A DNA stretch of 41,959 bases from positions 1-41,959 of the IMG/VR virus record IMGVR_UViG_2690316153_000014. One strand, given 5' to 3'. The position numbers were made by a program, and so were the translations under genes. Each line of letters begins with the position of its first letter. The first letter of the stretch is position 1. Below, piece after piece: positions 11,190 to 21,674 of the stretch. The notes beneath the pieces were generated by a model that did not search any database, was not told where the DNA came from, and worked only from the letters and a program-made list of their open reading frames with translations. The stretch comes from a virus. Lineage: Duplodnaviria > Heunggongvirae > Uroviricota > Caudoviricetes.

Positions 11190-11951
11190 TCAAATAGCTA
11201 AAGCATTCATCGTGTTGCCCGTATTCATACCCATGTGACTTTGACAACGGTACTCCTTAGAAACTCTCTTCGGACTGTTGCCGAAATGTTTGCGGAACGC
11301 ATAAATAAAATAAGATGTACTGGCATAACCACATTGTTCGGCAATTTTATTGACTGAACCTTCTACGCGTATCAAATTTTTTGCGTGCTGCATTCTGGCA
11401 TCTAATAGAATCTGTGAGAATGTCGTTTGCTCTTGCTTTAGTTTTTTCTTCAACAGGCTTTCACTGATGTACAGGCAGTCACAAATATCTTTCAGCTTCC
11501 ATGGGTGCGCCAGCTTCATGTTGACAATATTTCTCACTTTCCCGGAAACGGATAGCACACCGTTAGTTAATAGTGTAATGAAACCTTTGCATGCGGCAAA
11601 AATAGACAGGCAAGAAAAAAGCAAAAGTTCTGAAAAATTATGATGATTGCGTTCTTCCGAGTTGAGATAAGCAATCATTTCATTAAGCAATCCAGTCGGT
11701 ACATTTGAAGCACGTAAAAACTTCGCAGGAACAGGCATCGTCACTGTCTGGATGTTAGTGCATTGTAGATATTTTTTAATGGTATTTTCATTAAATCCGA
11801 TTTCTTTAAAATGCCGCTCATAAGGTTCAAAATGTGTACGAACAGCGTTATCTACCATCAGGATCTCGCCGTCAGAGAAGGCGTAATCTTTATCTAAAAT
11901 GTTAGCGTTGAAAGCATGATGAATAAATATGACAGAACAAACGAGCGACAT
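11190..11951 (-). CDS. ydeO: AraC-family acid-resistance transcriptional regulator YdeO
   Basis: 253-aa ORF with a C-terminal AraC-type HTH region; conserved position downstream of safA. Confidence 0.9.
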   Translation of the reverse strand: MSLVCSVIFIHHAFNANILDKDYAFSDGEILMVDNAVRTHFEPYERHFKEIGFNENTIKKYLQCTNIQTVTMPVPAKFLRASNVPTGLLNEMIAYLNSEERNHHNFSELLLFSCLSIFAACKGFITLLTNGVLSVSGKVRNIVNMKLAHPWKLKDICDCLYISESLLKKKLKQEQTTFSQILLDARMQHAKNLIRVEGSVNKIAEQCGYASTSYFIYAFRKHFGNSPKRVSKEYRCQSHMGMNTGNTMNALAI

Positions 11952-12025
11952 TTTATCTCCTTAAAACAATAAAGTTTTTATCGATACTTTGTTAACATTT
12001 CAGATTTATAATTTGCTGTTTATTA

Positions 12026-12223
12026 TCAGTCTTGCAAACTATTGATAATGAAATGTGTAAGATCTCTTGCAATGCGACCCATTTCTGAAATACCCAGCTG
12101 ATCAATTGCCGAAAAAATGGCTATCAACGTAAGGGTCAGTAATAAGACAACCACAATTACAGACATGATTTCTTTATAGTTGTCTCTTTGCGTGATTTTG
12201 TTTTTCACTGTGGTCGCATGCAT
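12026..12223 (-). CDS. safA: small membrane connector protein SafA (EvgS/EvgA to PhoQ/PhoP)
   Basis: 65-aa ORF MHATTVKNKITQRDNYKEIMSVIVVVLLLTLTLIAIFSAIDQLGISEMGRIARDLTHFIINSLQD with one transmembrane helix; directly upstream of ydeO. Confidence 0.85.
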   Translation of the reverse strand: MHATTVKNKITQRDNYKEIMSVIVVVLLLTLTLIAIFSAIDQLGISEMGRIARDLTHFIINSLQD

Positions 12224-12334
12224 TTCAAATATGTTTATTTAGCGGATAACGTTAAAAATCGTTAATCAGTATGCTTAATATAACAGGCTGGAGAAAAGAG
12301 GAAATAGGACTGGCACTTCAGTACTGAGCGGAGT

Positions 12335-12352
12335 TTCTTACAGCTGTAGGCA
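12335..12352 (-). promoter_or_regulatory. EvgA box upstream of safA-ydeO
   Basis: TTCTTACA-GC-TGTAGGCA matches the EvgA consensus TTCYTACA-N2-TGTRGGAA; about 110 bp upstream of the safA start. Confidence 0.65.
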
Positions 12353-12470
12353 GAGGTTTATATCTTATAGTATGTAGTTTAATTTAATCCATGTGAGCAA
12401 ATTGCGCGATAATAGTCAATGAGGGATTCTTCTGCTGTGCGGATGACAGCAGAAGAAATGAGAAGAGGCA

Positions 12471-14750
12471 TTAATTTGATGGTTCTAATTCAACCGGAAT
12501 ACTTTTATAGCCAGGAATGCCACTTAATGGATCGTGGTTATCGAGTGTTAGCATGTGATTCGATTCTGGAAAATAGGTCACCAGTGAGCGGTCAGCCATA
12601 GGGTAAATGACCACTTTTAATCTATCCATGCGGCGTGAGCTACGTTTACCGTCTGGCGTGAGCGCAATAAGATTAACTCTTTCGCCGTTTTTTACACGGC
12701 AAATTTTAGCTTGTTTAGCACTCATAAAGACCACATCTCGTTGACCGAATACCCCTCGATAGCGATCATCCATACCATAAATCGTCGTGTTGTACTGATC
12801 GTGGCTGCGTACTGTCGCCATGACCAGCTTACTGTTAAACGCTGAAGAGGGATCTTCTAACAGCCCTTTGCTGGTAATGAAATTAGCCTTACCTGACGGC
12901 GTCATCCAGCGCCTTTCAGCAGCTGCATTTATCAGGTGAAAACCACCGGGATGACGGATGCGTTGGTTATAGTCGGCGAACTCTGGCAGCACAGCTTCAA
13001 TGTCATTGCGAATGCGATCATAATCTTCCACCAGATACTCCCAGGCTACCACGCTCTGGGGTAGTGCTGCCTGCGCGATTCCCGCGACCACTGCACACTC
13101 TGATTTCAGCATTACACCGGCGGGTTTTAACACGCCACGCGAGGCATGAATCATCGACATTGAATCCTCAACGGTTACCGCCTGCGCACCGCTTTTTTGC
13201 ATGTCAATCTCGCTACGTCCCAGAACCGGCAGAATATAGCTATGCCGTGCGGTCAGCAGATGAGAGCGGTTAAGCTTAGTGGCTACGTGTACCGCCAGAT
13301 CTAATTGCGTTAACGGTACAGCGCTCGCTTCCCGATCTGGCATTGCCAGTGCAAAGTTGCCCCCCATGCAGATCAATGCTCGAGCCTGCCCTGTACATAT
13401 TGCTTGCATGCTGGCAATTGCAGCATGTCCAGGTGCTTGAGGTGGTGTGAAGCCATAGCGCTCACCCAGGCGAGCCAGAAACTCTGCAGACGGTTTCTCG
13501 GTGATACCGACGGTTCGGTCGCCCTGTACATTAGAGTGGCCACGTAGTGGGCAGATACCCGCACCAGGCTTGCCAATGTTACCTTTCATCAACAGCAGAT
13601 TGACCAGTTGCTGTACATTCTGGGTACCATGTTCGTGCTGAGTGATCCCCATTCCGTAACAGATAATGGTGCGTTCGGCAGCGGCATATGCGTCAGCCAG
13701 TTCGGCGATTTGTGTCTGACTTAGTCCAGAAATACGTTCGATATCTTTCCACTCGGAATTGAGAACGTCACGGCGTAGCTCGTCAAAGCCGACGGTATGC
13801 GTTTGAATAAATTCGTCATCAAGCAATGAGGGCCGACCTGCGGCACTTGCAGCATCATCGCGCTCAATTAACAGGCGCATCATCCCCTTGAGCAACGCCA
13901 TATCGCCACCAATGCGCACGTTGTAGTAGGCACTGGCCAACTGAGTCTCAGAGTTCGTCAGCATTTCAAACGGGTTTTGCGGTGCGGTAAATCGCTCCAG
14001 GCCACGTTCCTGTAGAGGATTGATGGCGATCATTTTCGCTCCCCGTTTCACTAAAGCGCGCAACGAAGTCAGCATGCGAGGGTGGTTTGTACCAGGGTTA
14101 TGCCCAATGCAAATGACTAAATCGCACTTCTCAAAGTCTTCCAGCAACACAGTCCCTTTACCCACGCCGATACTCGCTGCCAAACCCACACTGGTCGGTT
14201 CATGGCACATGTTGGAGCAGTCGGGAAAGTTATTGCTCCCGTATTCACGGGCAAAAAGCTGATAAAGAAAGGCAGCTTCATTGGAAGTGCGGCCCGAAGT
14301 ATAGAATTCAACCTGATTGGGATCACTATAGCTTTGAAGGCGTGCGCCAATTTCGTCGAAAGCTTGTTGCCAGCTTAATGGCTTGTAACAGTCGCTGACG
14401 GCATCATATTTCAAAGGCTGAGTGAGACGTCCCGCAGCCTCAAGCTCGTGATCTCCCCAGGTAAGTAATGATTGAACCGTATTCTCAGCAAAGAAAGAGG
14501 CATTTACCTGCTTATCCGTGACTTCCCAGGCGATTGCTTTTGCGCCGTTTTCACAAATGTCGAATGACGCACTGTGCTTAGGATCTGGCCATGCACAACC
14601 CGGACAGTCAAAGCCCTCTGGCTTATTCATGTCAAACATGGCAATAACATCCTGGCGTATATCCATCTGCTTACGTACTGCATTCGCTACGGATTTAACA
14701 GCACCCCAACCACCTGCAGCACCCTGGTAGGATTCAATTTTTTTCTTCAT
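12471..14750 (-). CDS. ydeP: molybdopterin-dependent oxidoreductase YdeP (acid-resistance protein)
   Basis: 759-aa ORF with formate-dehydrogenase-like molybdopterin oxidoreductase features (N-terminal Cys cluster CPGCAWPDP); length and position match YdeP. Confidence 0.9.
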   Translation of the reverse strand: MKKKIESYQGAAGGWGAVKSVANAVRKQMDIRQDVIAMFDMNKPEGFDCPGCAWPDPKHSASFDICENGAKAIAWEVTDKQVNASFFAENTVQSLLTWGDHELEAAGRLTQPLKYDAVSDCYKPLSWQQAFDEIGARLQSYSDPNQVEFYTSGRTSNEAAFLYQLFAREYGSNNFPDCSNMCHEPTSVGLAASIGVGKGTVLLEDFEKCDLVICIGHNPGTNHPRMLTSLRALVKRGAKMIAINPLQERGLERFTAPQNPFEMLTNSETQLASAYYNVRIGGDMALLKGMMRLLIERDDAASAAGRPSLLDDEFIQTHTVGFDELRRDVLNSEWKDIERISGLSQTQIAELADAYAAAERTIICYGMGITQHEHGTQNVQQLVNLLLMKGNIGKPGAGICPLRGHSNVQGDRTVGITEKPSAEFLARLGERYGFTPPQAPGHAAIASMQAICTGQARALICMGGNFALAMPDREASAVPLTQLDLAVHVATKLNRSHLLTARHSYILPVLGRSEIDMQKSGAQAVTVEDSMSMIHASRGVLKPAGVMLKSECAVVAGIAQAALPQSVVAWEYLVEDYDRIRNDIEAVLPEFADYNQRIRHPGGFHLINAAAERRWMTPSGKANFITSKGLLEDPSSAFNSKLVMATVRSHDQYNTTIYGMDDRYRGVFGQRDVVFMSAKQAKICRVKNGERVNLIALTPDGKRSSRRMDRLKVVIYPMADRSLVTYFPESNHMLTLDNHDPLSGIPGYKSIPVELEPSN

Positions 14751-14993
14751 CTACTTATCCTGTGTGGAAATGAATTATTAGGATTTGTAATAGCGATGAT
14801 GCACAGTACATACAAAGGGATTATCGCCAACATGGATATATAAGAGTAGGGGACTACTCTCTTTCTATTTTTAATCTATTATCGTTAAACAATAGATTAA
14901 ATACGATAAGTTAAGCATCATCTCTCATAGTGTTTAAATTAACATATTTTTCAATATAAAAAATAAGACTCTGGCTTCAATTGTGCGCGGATT

Positions 14994-15011
14994 TTCTTAC
15001 AGGTGTAGGAT
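14994..15011 (-). promoter_or_regulatory. EvgA box upstream of ydeP
   Basis: TTCTTACA-GG-TGTAGGAT, a second near-consensus EvgA inverted repeat, about 245 bp upstream of the ydeP start. Confidence 0.65.
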
Positions 15012-15083
15012 AATAGCCTTCACAAAATAATTATCCGCGCAATTTTCGTGAATGGAGCGCATAGACTAAGATCAAAATCACAA

Positions 15084-15998
15084 TTATTCATAGATAAAAG
15101 TGACACCAATGACTGACTGGACGGTTCCGGCTGCAACCTTGTTTCCTGTTTGTCCATAGGTTGCGCTTAAACCCAGAGGTACTTTGCTTTTATTTACTGT
15201 CCCCAGGGAGACATTTTCTCCCGTAGCCAGTATTTTTCCATTACGCATCAGAGAGACACCCACTCCCGATGCTTTTGTTGCATCAGGTGCTGTGTTAGCA
15301 AACACTTGTCGGCTACTGTCAGTGGTGGCACCCGAAAGATAAAATGAGAGCTTTTGTTCGCTTGAGCAATATACGCCAAGGGGTATTTCTGCGCTTCCAG
15401 GAAAGTCCGGGAGATCCACAGTGACATTACGACTATCAACGGTGCAGCCGCCTGTTGGCATAACAACATTGTTATTTGAAATAATATTCCACGTAAAATT
15501 ACGCGGATTTCCGCTTCCTAATGTTGCAATTTTATACATATGAATACGAGCAATGACTTCCCCCGCTTTTATGACAACTCCACCGGCCGCCCCAACTGGG
15601 GTAATATAGAGTTTTAACGGTAATGGCATCGGTCTCTTATCACCAATATCCAATACGTTGGTATTTGTCGTCAACGGGAAGGGGTAGGTCACATTATTCC
15701 AGTACAGCGATCCTTTATATGACTGTAGGGAGCCTGCGAAAGCTGAGCCTTGTACCAGGTTTATATGATCAGTGTCGTACCAGCCGCCGTAATCATTCCA
15801 GCAACTTATATGCTGAGACAAGTCTACAACCAGATTCTGGCCCGGCTGTATTACAGGGTCGAGATTAACATAAACAGAGGTTGTACCTGCTCCAATACTT
15901 GACCCGCCATCGACATTACAACTGAAGGCAAAAACTTTGCCTGCCATTAATAGAAGATAAATACCGAACAGGACCTTTATACTGATTGTTTTACCCAT
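15084..15998 (-). CDS. ydeQ: FimH-like two-domain fimbrial tip adhesin (F9/Yde fimbriae)
   Basis: 304-aa ORF with signal peptide and a C-terminal pilin domain ending in a beta-strand motif; last gene of the fimbrial cluster. Confidence 0.8.
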   Translation of the reverse strand: MGKTISIKVLFGIYLLLMAGKVFAFSCNVDGGSSIGAGTTSVYVNLDPVIQPGQNLVVDLSQHISCWNDYGGWYDTDHINLVQGSAFAGSLQSYKGSLYWNNVTYPFPLTTNTNVLDIGDKRPMPLPLKLYITPVGAAGGVVIKAGEVIARIHMYKIATLGSGNPRNFTWNIISNNNVVMPTGGCTVDSRNVTVDLPDFPGSAEIPLGVYCSSEQKLSFYLSGATTDSSRQVFANTAPDATKASGVGVSLMRNGKILATGENVSLGTVNKSKVPLGLSATYGQTGNKVAAGTVQSVIGVTFIYE

Positions 15999-16056
15999 GA
16001 TATATCCTAAGGTTAAAAATTGATTTAAAAAGAAGGCTAAGAAAATCGAATCGACG

Positions 16057-16560
16057 TTATTGCCAGGTGTAGATCACATTGATTAGCGCCTCGATCGTTC
16101 CCTGGCTTGCGTTTCCATTCACCGTGATAGCTCTTGCCTTAAGTGGAAACTGTGCATTACGAGTGATCTCATCAACAATAACCGTTTTGCTATCGCCATT
16201 TTTTAACGCAGCATCCTGGTCATCCCTCAGCTCTATCTGAATATTTTCGGCAGTACCTTCATTTTTGTAATAACCCGTATTGTCAGTTGAACCTGTCACG
16301 ATTGCCGTCACTGCACTTGTTTCAACCGGACAATCGGTTAATGACAAAGTAATATTGTGCCAGCCAGATGCAGAACCAGGTTGTTGCAGATTGCGCGTAT
16401 AAAGATCCCCGAGATTAACGTTAGCTTCTTTGGTTTGAATAGTGCAGGGTTTAGCGACTACCCGACCATTAACAGTGATAGTGACATCGGCGGCCTGGAG
16501 AGTTGCTGTGAATAACGCGCAAAACGTAGCTAACAGGAACCTCTTGTGAAGTCTTTTCAT
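16057..16560 (-). CDS. ydeR: FimG-like minor fimbrial subunit
   Basis: 167-aa secreted pilin-like ORF with signal peptide and Cys pair. Confidence 0.8.
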   Translation of the reverse strand: MKRLHKRFLLATFCALFTATLQAADVTITVNGRVVAKPCTIQTKEANVNLGDLYTRNLQQPGSASGWHNITLSLTDCPVETSAVTAIVTGSTDNTGYYKNEGTAENIQIELRDDQDAALKNGDSKTVIVDEITRNAQFPLKARAITVNGNASQGTIEALINVIYTWQ

Positions 16561-16572
16561 ATCTGACTCTGA

Positions 16573-17103
16573 TTATTGAAATTCAAGGGTAAAGGTTGCC
16601 GAAGCCCTCACCAGTCCCGGATTGACGGACTTCTGAGTTGACTTCAGACGAGCGGAGTAAGGCAAAATATTGTTCTGTTCTGGTACCAGTGGGATCCACT
16701 GCATCCCGGCATGAAGGTCATTCAGTTTCACCGGACGCATATTTGCGTCCAATATTTCTATACCCAAACCGGAGGCCGTATTGCTTCCTTCATCCAGTTT
16801 CAACAAAGTATTATTTTCTGCATCCTCAATACCGTTAAATGCAACCCGAACCCCCGTTGTCCCTTTGCTGCATTCACTTAACGTAATCTGAAAAGGGACG
16901 ACTGGACTTGTGCTACCGGTCGTTGGAAATTGTCTGGCACTGTTTTTTTGGAGATCTACGGTAAAATTAAGCGAATCCGATGAGACTGTGCAGCCATAAT
17001 CGAGGACGCGCCCGCTAATTTTAATAACGCTATCTGCGGATAAAGCAGAATAGGTGGTTAACCCCAGACATAAACCGAGGAAAATAATGTTATTGTATTT
17101 CAT
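16573..17103 (-). CDS. ydeS: FimF-like minor fimbrial subunit
   Basis: 176-aa secreted pilin-like ORF. Confidence 0.8.
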   Translation of the reverse strand: MKYNNIIFLGLCLGLTTYSALSADSVIKISGRVLDYGCTVSSDSLNFTVDLQKNSARQFPTTGSTSPVVPFQITLSECSKGTTGVRVAFNGIEDAENNTLLKLDEGSNTASGLGIEILDANMRPVKLNDLHAGMQWIPLVPEQNNILPYSARLKSTQKSVNPGLVRASATFTLEFQ

Positions 17104-17116
17104 AATCTATTGTTCC

Positions 17117-19768
17117 TTAGCGACAGATTGCTGTCTGCTGGTTCAGTAAGGTACCAGGAGAAACTTCAGGAAGCTTGTACTCGACAATACAGTTTGAGTT
17201 TTTATCTTTGCCCCATGAAACCTGTAATTTCCCTGACTGTGGAAGTCCAGTCAGATAAACCTGACCGTTTTCTGCGACAATGCTGCCATTTTTATTCTCT
17301 CCGTGTGTGACAATTGCACCGAATGGAACGCTCTTATTACCGTACTTCAACGTCATTAATACTTTCCCGCCGATTTGTGCATTAAATGTTGCTCTGGCAA
17401 TAGCACCGTGAGTTGGGATGACAGTGACCACGGTTTCATCCAGTTCAACATTATCTGCAAGGGAATTCGCGTTAAGAGCAACACGGTTTTCTCTATATTC
17501 TGTCGCAAATGGTAATATGGCATAGCCACGCCAGTCGGTATGAATTCCGGTCTGGTTCTCTATTTTGACATTATCAGCGCCAGGAGCCTTAACCAGAACC
17601 ATTGTGTCGCCCAGCGGCTGTCCAAAGGTGATGCCATCAGCATGAGCAATAATCCCACCACTCATTCCGTAATAAATCTGGCTGCTGTCACCATTCCGAC
17701 TGTAACCGACATTCGTATTACCGTAAGCTCCACGATAATTAAGAGAACTGTAACCACTGGTGCCAGACGATGTATTACCTCCGTGGGTGTTACCGACCTG
17801 AACGCTATAATTCAGGTTATTATCCGGCAGCAGAGTGCCATAAACCCCCGATAGATTGGTCATGCCGCCTTTCAAATCGTTTGACATACTGTAACTGGCG
17901 TTTGAATTACGAAATGCCGACTGACTGTCTGTACGCATCCAATGACTGAAGGGAACATTAAGCGTAAAAGCGAGTAAATGATCCCGATCGTTTTGCCATA
18001 TATTATTGGAATAGCTGTAATTCAGCGAAGTCGTAATATCACCAAACGGCACATTTAATCCAAATGATATTTGCTGGTCGCTGCGTGACGTGTTCCAGTA
18101 ACTTTGGCGACTGGCACTGAAAAATGTCGTACCGTAATTTCCAAGCTGCTGAGAGATGCTTATTTGTTCCTGACCACGCTTACTGTAGAATAGATTAAAA
18201 TAATCAATAAATTGTGTCTGCTCATTGGTGTCTCCGGTAGGAGGCTTGACGGTGTAACCACTCATTCGACTGTAGGCACTGTCGGATAAGTTATAAAAAC
18301 CTTGCGTAGAATAGCGATATCCTGCGACCTGGATATTGGTTCCTGTCTGGTAGAAGGATTTGCTGTAGACGGATTTAACCGATTGCCCGCTGTGACGGGT
18401 GCCATCTGCAAGTGTCGTATTGGCCTGCGTGATATCGAAAGAAAAGGCACCAAAAAGTCCTAAATCTTTACCAATACCAAGGTTGAAGGCCTGATAATCT
18501 TCTGCAATTTGCATTCCGCCATAAGGTGTCCAGTTTCCTTCCAGTCCATGCATCAAGCTACCTTGTATGAACTTGGGGGAGCTTTGCAGGTTATTTCCAC
18601 TACGATATTCCCCCATGGCAAGCGCATAACGCGTATATCCAGCACGTTGGAGAACCGGAACAGACGAATAAGGAACATATAATGTCTGAATACTGCCGTC
18701 TGCCTCTTTTATGGTTACTTGCAGATCACCACCATTGGCGGCAGAGTTGATATCATCAATAGTAAAAGGGCCGGGTGGAACAGTAGTCTGATAAACATCG
18801 TATCCGTTCTGTTTTACACTCACTTGTGCGGTGCCACGGGCAATACCATGAATCACCGGAGCGAAACCATGTTGGCTATCGGGCAACATCGCTTCTGTTG
18901 AATTTATTTTGAGGCCACGAAAGTTCACACTATCAAAAATATCGCCATCGGTATAACTATCACCTACCGTTAACCGTGAGCGTAAGGGAATAATGTCACG
19001 TTCAGCCGACGTATTGATATGCTGCCATTTATTGCTGTTAGATGAATTGCTACTCCCACTGTTATAACTCCACGTTGAGTTATCGCGCAGTCGCCAACTA
19101 CCAATGTTGATGCCACTCTGTAAATTCAAATATGCATAGTTGGATTTTCCTGCATTATGGTTACTACGATTATTAATGGAATTACCATTAAAACTATGAT
19201 TTAGAAGCCCAGCATTTATTCCTTCTTCCCACAGTTCAGGAGAAACATAGCCGCGAGCCATTCTGCCAACATAAATTTGCGGAACGGAGAGTGACAAATG
19301 TTGCTGACCAACATCAAACTCAGTTGATGCGTCGGCCAAACGATCCTGAAGTGGTGTGCATGCGCTGTTGTCCGGCACATGTTTTTCTGCAGAATGTTCC
19401 TTATTGTCTAATAACGCAGATTTTTTTATGCCAAGACTGACAAGAAGGTCTGTACTCAGACATGGGATGAGATCTGCGTTATTATCATCTGCAATAAAAG
19501 TAATATCCCGACTAGTCATAAATTCGTCGTTCAAATAAATGTCGACCCGATATGTACCAGGTGGTGCCTCGCGTCCCTTAGTAAAGGCGGATAAATCGAC
19601 AGATTCAGCAAGATCATTGCTTAAAAACCGTGGATTAAAATAATACTCTGCATCAACGGGAAAAACCGCAGTTGCTAAGCCAAGGGCAATGGTAAGCCGT
19701 GCAAAGCGTGGTAGTATTAACACCTGATGCATACGATATGCCTTAAATGCGGCACGAAAGGCTGTCAT
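17117..19768 (-). CDS. ydeT: fimbrial outer-membrane usher (FimD family), apparently full length
   Basis: 883-aa ORF of FimD-like size and composition; the real start may be the internal Met (MHQVLIL..., coordinate 19732) that precedes the signal peptide. Confidence 0.8.
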   Translation of the reverse strand: MTAFRAAFKAYRMHQVLILPRFARLTIALGLATAVFPVDAEYYFNPRFLSNDLAESVDLSAFTKGREAPPGTYRVDIYLNDEFMTSRDITFIADDNNADLIPCLSTDLLVSLGIKKSALLDNKEHSAEKHVPDNSACTPLQDRLADASTEFDVGQQHLSLSVPQIYVGRMARGYVSPELWEEGINAGLLNHSFNGNSINNRSNHNAGKSNYAYLNLQSGINIGSWRLRDNSTWSYNSGSSNSSNSNKWQHINTSAERDIIPLRSRLTVGDSYTDGDIFDSVNFRGLKINSTEAMLPDSQHGFAPVIHGIARGTAQVSVKQNGYDVYQTTVPPGPFTIDDINSAANGGDLQVTIKEADGSIQTLYVPYSSVPVLQRAGYTRYALAMGEYRSGNNLQSSPKFIQGSLMHGLEGNWTPYGGMQIAEDYQAFNLGIGKDLGLFGAFSFDITQANTTLADGTRHSGQSVKSVYSKSFYQTGTNIQVAGYRYSTQGFYNLSDSAYSRMSGYTVKPPTGDTNEQTQFIDYFNLFYSKRGQEQISISQQLGNYGTTFFSASRQSYWNTSRSDQQISFGLNVPFGDITTSLNYSYSNNIWQNDRDHLLAFTLNVPFSHWMRTDSQSAFRNSNASYSMSNDLKGGMTNLSGVYGTLLPDNNLNYSVQVGNTHGGNTSSGTSGYSSLNYRGAYGNTNVGYSRNGDSSQIYYGMSGGIIAHADGITFGQPLGDTMVLVKAPGADNVKIENQTGIHTDWRGYAILPFATEYRENRVALNANSLADNVELDETVVTVIPTHGAIARATFNAQIGGKVLMTLKYGNKSVPFGAIVTHGENKNGSIVAENGQVYLTGLPQSGKLQVSWGKDKNSNCIVEYKLPEVSPGTLLNQQTAICR

Positions 19769-19809
19769 TATTAATTCCGATTGAGTTTATTATTAATTAA
19801 GTCACTGGC

Positions 19810-20295
19810 TTACTGCATGGTTGCCTTAATACGCGGAGTTAATGCACCGTAATCATTGATCGTCTGAAAACTGATATCCCCGGTTGCAGCATGCGGGATA
19901 TCCACCGATACTTCACCTTTTGGCGGCACCATGGTGTTTGGGAGATTGCTATTTCCTGCTTTCATATTTGTTACGGTAATGAAGTAGGGCGTTGGATTAA
20001 TAAGAGTGAGTTTGCTACCGCTGCGACGAAACCGAAGCATTGCTGGCGCTTCTTCAGGTGCCATTGCCAGGTTCGTGGGGCGATAAAACATTTTTATGCG
20101 GCTAATAATTGCCAGCTGTAATGTATTCTCATTCTTCTGGTCTTTTTCCATAGCAGGAATAGCTTTAACATTCACCCAGAACAGGCTTTCACGGTCGCCT
20201 GGTAACTGATGATTAGTAGCGTTGATTATCCGCAGCGTATTCTCTTTTTTACCTTGCATGGAAAAAAGCGGTGGGGTAATGACAAACTGGGTGTC
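19810..20295 (-). pseudogene. periplasmic fimbrial chaperone (FimC family), 5'-truncated by IS3
   Basis: Frame is open from the IS3 boundary (reads [48 protein letters not shown]...). It matches only the C-terminal two thirds of FimC-type chaperones, with no start codon, signal peptide or N-terminal domain. Confidence 0.75.
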
Positions 20296-20351
20296 TGATC
20301 TTACCCAGCAATAGTGGACACGCGGCTAAGTGAGTAAACTCTCAGTCAGAG

Positions 20352-20660
20352 GTGACTCACATGACAAAAACAGTATCAACCAGTAAAAAACCCCGTAAAC
20401 AGCATTCGCCTGAATTTCGCAGTGAAGCCCTGAAGCTTGCTGAACGCATCGGTGTTACTGCCGCAGCCCGTGAACTCAGCCTGTATGAATCACAGCTCTA
20501 CAACTGGCGCAGTAAACAGCAAAATCAGCAGACGTCTTCTGAACGTGAACTGGAGATGTCTACCGAGATTGCACGTCTCAAACGCCAGCTGGCAGAACGG
20601 GATGAAGAGCTGGCTATCCTCCAAAAGGCCGCGACATACTTCGCGAAGCGCCTGAAATGA
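20352..20660 (+). CDS. insE: IS3 OrfA (InsE-type HTH transposase subunit)
   Basis: 99-aa [34 protein letters not shown]... with HTH and leucine-zipper-like C-terminus. Confidence 0.9.
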
Positions 20661-21523
20661 AGTATGTCTTTATTGAAAAACATCAGGCTGAGTTCAGCAT
20701 CAAAGCAATGTGCCGCGTGCTCCGGGTGGCCCGCAGCGGCTGGTATACGTGGTGTCAGCGGCGGACAAGGATAAGCACGCGTCAGCAGTTCCGCCAACAC
20801 TGCGACAGCGTTGTCCTCGCGGCTTTTACCCGGTCAAAACAGCGTTACGGTGCCCCACGCCTGACGGATGAACTGCGTGCTCAGGGTTACCCCTTTAACG
20901 TAAAAACCGTGGCGGCAAGCCTGCGCCGTCAGGGACTGAGGGCAAAGGCCTCCCGGAAGTTCAGCCCGGTCAGCTACCGCGCACACGGCCTGCCTGTGTC
21001 AGAAAATCTGTTGGAGCAGGATTTTTACGCCAGTGGCCCGAACCAGAAGTGGGCAGGAGACATCACGTACTTACGTACAGATGAAGGCTGGCTGTATCTG
21101 GCAGTGGTCATTGACCTGTGGTCACGTGCCGTTATTGGCTGGTCAATGTCGCCACGCATGACGGCGCAACTGGCCTGCGATGCCCTGCAGATGGCGCTGT
21201 GGCGGCGTAAGAGGCCCCGGAACGTTATCGTTCACACGGACCGTGGAGGCCAGTACTGTTCAGCAGATTATCAGGCGCAACTGAAGCGGCATAATCTGCG
21301 TGGAAGTATGAGCGCAAAAGGTTGCTGCTACGATAATGCCTGCGTGGAAAGCTTCTTTCATTCGCTGAAAGTGGAATGTATCCATGGAGAACACTTTATC
21401 AGCCGGGAAATAATGCGGGCAACGGTGTTTAATTATATCGAATGTGATTACAATCGGTGGCGGCGGCACAGTTGGTGTGGCGGCCTCAGTCCGGAACAAT
21501 TTGAAAACAAGAACCTCGCTTAG
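20657..21523 (+). CDS. insF: IS3 OrfB (InsF-type DDE transposase catalytic subunit); start overlaps the orfA stop (ATGA)
   Basis: 288-aa ORF with an RNase-H-fold DDE integrase core; the overlap with orfA fits the usual IS3 -1 frameshift fusion arrangement. Confidence 0.9.
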
Positions 21524-21674
21524 GCCTGTGTCCATATTACGTGGGTAGGATCACGCAGGGGTCGGCCCATTTGAGCTTCAGATAGGAACGTTTGAATTCC
21601 TTTCACAAAATACATCACATACTGAACGTGAACATTCCCACTTTGATCTTAAGGCCAAAAAGTATGCAGGACTA

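Larger units (their letters stand above)
20296..21553 (+). mobile_element. IS3 insertion sequence (1258 bp) with imperfect terminal inverted repeats
   Basis: Left end TGATCTTACCCAGCAATAGTGGACA..., right end ...TGTCCATATTACGTGGGTAGGATCA; contains overlapping orfA/orfB. Flanking triplets differ (GTC left, CGC right). Confidence 0.9.

Noticed and set aside
19810-21523. hipBA toxin-antitoxin and yneL, which follow ydeT in E. coli K-12
   Set aside because: None of the ORFs between the usher and the island resembles HipA or HipB; this locus is replaced by IS3 and acquired DNA in this sequence.
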